This document shows positions 62,544-64,000 of a stretch of 64,000 bases of DNA, one piece after another (within the stretch, counting starts at the first letter, position 1; every line of letters starts with the position of its first letter). Both the position numbers and the translations under genes were made by a program. The notes beneath the pieces are model-generated. The model was not told where the DNA came from. It worked only from the letters and a program-made list of their open reading frames with translations, and did no database searches. Source of the stretch: Antedon mediterranea. Its lineage: Eukaryota > Animalia > Echinodermata. Location: contig NC_092676.1 of assembly GCF_964355755.1 (NCBI RefSeq), positions 25,190,871 to 25,254,870 on the forward strand, given 5' to 3'.

Positions 62544-63912
62544 ATGAAAGACATTCACGCACACGGCCAAGAATGGTATGAATATTGATGTAGGCCAAGA
62601 TGTATAACTTTAAAGACTCTCTATCACGTTTTCTCCTTCATTATGGTTAAACTTTCTCAGCATCATCATGATGTATTTCTTGTTTCTTTGCTGTGGTCTT
62701 CTATCCAACTTTTATGCCCACTCTGGTAAGTTTTTTTTGTCACAATTTTTATTTTAGTATTTGTATCAGAATAAAAACTCTGAGGATCATAATTTTGTTT
62801 AAACATATGATTTGATTTTATTTTATTCAGGTTTTAACATAAAATTACAAGACAAAGTTTAAAAATACAAATAGAAACATGCAATGTATTGCACAGTGCA
62901 CAAGAAACCTAAGATAGCCTATAAAGTCGAAAAAACCCCACTTATTTCCAATGAGGTCCTATAAACTATAGAATTCTTTTGATGAAAATGATATTTTCAC
63001 ACGTCCAATTAAATGACGTCATGGAATTAAGACCCATTTACACTAGGAAGATAACGATAGACGATATTATAAGCATGCATTTTTTTTACATAAAGCAAAA
63101 GAAATTAGAAAAGATTTCGTTCTAAAACTATAGGATAATCATTTATGCTGTCTTTGATTGACGTCATGATCAATAATACAATAAAATCGTTGTAGTATTG
63201 TCACGATTATTATTATTGCTCTTGCTAATCATGACGTCATTTGATTGGACGTGTGAAAATATCATTTTCATCAAAGGAAGCATAGATGGTTATTCTATAG
63301 TTCTAGGATGAAAAGTTTTCATATTTCTTTTGTTGTATGTATGAAAACTTCACATTGTCTATTTGTCGTCGATCGTTATCGTCCTAGTGTATGGACCTTT
63401 ACGTGTTGATAACGTAATTCTTCAAACGTGAAACCACACTGAGTCGGCGTAGATTACGGAGGGGTTCTCGCTTCTTTAATAGGAACATTTTAAAGGAAAA
63501 CTATTAAAATACATGAAATACATCAGGCCTATTGGCCTATTGTTTTTTATATGAATGTTGGCTTTCAAAATTACGCGCAAAAAAAGAGTACACTTGTGTT
63601 ATTGTTTGAATCGCAGATTTTAGCAATATTTTTGTATTGGTATCTTTTTTTCTCTTTTTGTTATACTTTTTCTCGTCTTTTCGTACTTGTATCGTTCCCG
63701 TTTTTTTTTTAAGTGTTGAGGGCCTCATGCATGTCAGCCTCGGATGTTTTGAGTCATCTTTCACCAGTCAGTCATTAAACAAAGTTTTAAAAAAAAAATT
63801 TCAATGGTTTCAGCTTTACTGTCATACCAGAAGTTGGTTACTGCTAGGTCTGGTGTTAATCCTGGTAGACTTACAAACGGGAACGACAGCGTGGAGAATT
63901 GTTTTGTAACAG
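62544..63912 (+). CDS. F-type lectin gene copy 2 (5' part; continues beyond the right edge)
   Basis: Exons 62544-62575, 62661-62725 (MMYFLFLCCGLLSNFYAHS, signal-peptide-like) and 63814-63912. Highly similar to 56745-58260, i.e. a tandem duplication with a period of about 5.5 kb. Confidence 0.65.
63030..63398. mobile_element. Palindromic MITE family C; second copy at about 60190-60527
   Basis: Inverted arms CACTAGGA.GATAACGAT / ATCGTTATCGTCCTAGTG and internal TGACGTCATGAT inverted pair; TTA flanks. Confidence 0.7.
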
Positions 63913-64000
63913 GTTCGACGTTTGATTTGTATGATTTAGTATAAATAGAATATGAAAGGATTCACATACTGTCAATTCTTGTTTTGATCCGTACAATTAA

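Overview
AT-rich, intron-containing animal genomic DNA, probably a marine invertebrate deuterostome such as an echinoderm (inferred from gene content and repeat types, not proven). The left 38 kb holds four conserved spliced genes, reconstructed by hand with in-phase GT-AG junctions: an EPS8-family adaptor (minus strand, runs off the left edge), sFRP3/4 (FRZB-like, minus), JMJD6 (plus) and INTS12 (minus, with a tandemly duplicated exon). The right 23 kb looks like a fast-evolving immune-type cluster. Five minus-strand TRIM (RING-B-box-coiled-coil) genes alternate between two types. Type A (3 copies) has a conserved phase-1 intron that joins the RBCC in frame to two tandem dynein-light-chain LC8-like domains, an architecture I do not recognise among the standard TRIM classes. 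Type B (2 copies) ends in a hydrophobic tail anchor. Two tandem copies of a divergent F-type lectin gene follow, and one has a SINE in its signal-peptide exon. The window is dense in tRNA-derived SINEs, Harbinger-, hAT- and MULE-type MITEs, Helentron-like elements, a LINE 3' fragment and minisatellites. All calls come from manual reading; no database searches were run.
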